This document shows positions 31,845-32,000 of a stretch of 32,000 bases of DNA, piece by piece. The first letter of the stretch is position 1. Each line of letters starts with the position of its first letter. The translations under genes and the position numbers were made by a program. The notes beneath the pieces were generated by a model. It saw only the letters and a program-made list of their open reading frames with translations, had not been told where the DNA came from and ran no database searches. This stretch comes from Polynucleobacter sp. AP-Capit-er-40B-B4 (GTDB lineage Bacteria; Pseudomonadota; Gammaproteobacteria; Burkholderiales; Burkholderiaceae): contig NZ_JACVOV010000001.1 of NCBI RefSeq assembly GCF_018882245.1, positions 944,472-976,471 on the forward strand, written 5' to 3'.

Positions 31845-32000
31845 TGAACTGACCTGATTTTTAGTACCACTCCCAAAGAGAGGATTTTTGATAATCTTCA
31901 CCTTAAAGGAGTGCTAAATATGGCAAAAGGCCAACGTCTTAAACCCGAGCAAATCGTCACCTTATTGCGTCAAATCGATGTCCTGACAACGAACGGCAAA
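31845..32000 (+). mobile_element. IS3-family insertion sequence, left end (continues beyond the window)
   Basis: A candidate IRL TGAACTGACCTGATTTTTAGTACCAC sits at 31845; IS3-family ends begin with TG. It lies 75 nt upstream of an orfA-like start. Confidence 0.45.
31920..32000 (+). CDS. IS3-family transposase OrfA (HTH, Transposase_8-like), N-terminal 27 codons
   Basis: The SD is AAAGGA. MAKGQRLKPEQIVTLLRQIDVLTTNGK resembles IS3-family OrfA N-termini (..EQIV..LRQ.EV....G). It is truncated by the window edge. Confidence 0.5.
   Translation, partial: MAKGQRLKPEQIVTLLRQIDVLTTNGK

Overview
The window looks like a low-GC proteobacterial chromosome. The gene order htpX'-rsmB-DUF4390-ntrY-ntrX at 1-5110 is typical of Burkholderiales; a Polynucleobacter-like host is only my inference. 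Everything from about 5.19 kb to 31.3 kb is an integration hotspot built around one intact tRNA-Phe(GAA) at 22924-22999.

Upstream of the tRNA there are three perfect 55-nt direct repeats at 5187, 11616 and 22907. Each consists of a TATAAT box plus the first 38 nt of the tRNA and ends exactly at the anticodon loop. They delimit tandem islands that have replaced the 5' half and promoter of the tRNA gene.
- Two islands are related and apparently intact: I1 at 5242-11670 and I2 at about 17005-22961.
- Each carries a 404-aa tyrosine integrase, a second FimB/FimE-sized tyrosine recombinase, and a conserved three-ORF right-end module followed by a homologous att arm. Two of the three module ORFs fall below the ORF-track cutoff.
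- Between I1 and I2 lies an integrase-less accessory segment (11671-17004). It holds a translationally coupled three-gene operon of unknown function (a TIGR04255-like protein plus two others), a CWC cysteine-rich mini-gene, and a TetR-controlled curli-like secretion module without csgE/F (two curlin-like repeat proteins plus a CsgG-family lipoprotein).

Downstream of the tRNA, one perfect and two decayed copies of the tRNA 3' half (26206, 27167, 31223) mark integrase-less remnants of conventional 3'-replacing islands. These carry outer-membrane, hydrolase, MFS, SbtA-like and LysR genes.

Two families of short palindromic repeats punctuate module boundaries: AGCGTCC-N-[G/A]-N-[A/T]ACTAGACGCT (five copies) and GTCGTTTAAAACGAC (four copies). 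An IS3-family element starts at the right edge. I found no CRISPR array and no rRNA.
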